From contig CM059432.1 in assembly GCA_030390025.1 (NCBI GenBank), forward strand, positions 54,066,001 to 54,130,000: a stretch of 64,000 bases of DNA, read 5' to 3'. How positions within the stretch are numbered: position 1 is the first letter of the stretch; the number at the start of each line of letters is the position of its first letter. Below, piece after piece: positions 63,636-64,000 of the stretch. Source of the stretch: Squalus acanthias. Its lineage: Eukaryota. The position numbers were made by a program, and so were the translations under genes. Below the pieces are notes generated by a model, which saw only the letters and a list, made by a program, of their open reading frames with translations, was not told the DNA's origin and searched no databases.

Positions 63636-64000
63636 TGTCCCCTAAAGATGGGAATGGTAGCATAGTGGTTATGTTACCTGGGCTAGTAAATCAGAGGCCT
63701 GAAACTAATGATCTGGAAATGTGAGGTCAAATCCCACCACCATGGCAGCTGGGGAATTATAAATTCAGTTCATTAAATAAACCTGGAATAAAAAGTTAGC
63801 ATCAGTAATGGTGCTGGAAACTAAGTCATCAATGATATCATCAGACCCACACTATTTAATAGGGCTGGAAAACACTCATGACTCTTTCAATTCGGGTCAT
63901 TAAGTGAAAGTTCCTCTCAGTAGTACATTGTGTTTTGGGCCCACACACACCCGCCTGAACACAAAGGTGAAAATTTCGGCCTAAATGTCTGTGATAAGAT

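Larger units (their letters stand above)
59615..63981. mobile_element. Decayed PIF/Harbinger transposon with nested LINE
   Basis: Ends GGCCGGAAT / ATTTCGGCC and matching subterminal repeats (flanks AAT / TAA do not match); contains a Myb gene and a transposase fragment. Confidence 0.75.

Overview
Eukaryotic, almost entirely transposon-derived DNA. The repeat families (CR1 LINEs with (CTATGA)n/(TTCTATG)n-type tails, Deu-domain tRNA SINE, Harbinger elements and MITEs, Penelope ends) point to a cartilaginous fish (shark) genome; the species cannot be determined from this window. I could not support any host protein-coding gene, so the window is probably intronic or intergenic. Main contents: (1) a Ty3/Gypsy LTR retrotransposon (about 28.6-47.1 kb) split by a four-level nest (Gypsy > full-length CR1 > full-length Tx1/L1 > Harbinger MITE), whose pol frame rejoins across the insertions; (2) a defective endogenous retrovirus on the minus strand (about 50.7-56.4 kb) with an intact 5' LTR, a perfect 18-nt tRNA-Ser primer-binding site, two divergent tandem tether/RNaseH/integrase-zinc-finger modules with no RT, a small transmembrane ORF between pol and env, and a truncated env; (3) three decayed PIF/Harbinger transposons (Myb/SANT + transposase remnants) and many MITEs; (4) many CR1 and CR1/Zenon-like fragments; (5) Penelope ends carrying minimal hammerhead-ribozyme motifs. 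The retrovirus is the best candidate for something undescribed. All identifications rest on motif recognition and direct reading, with no database search.
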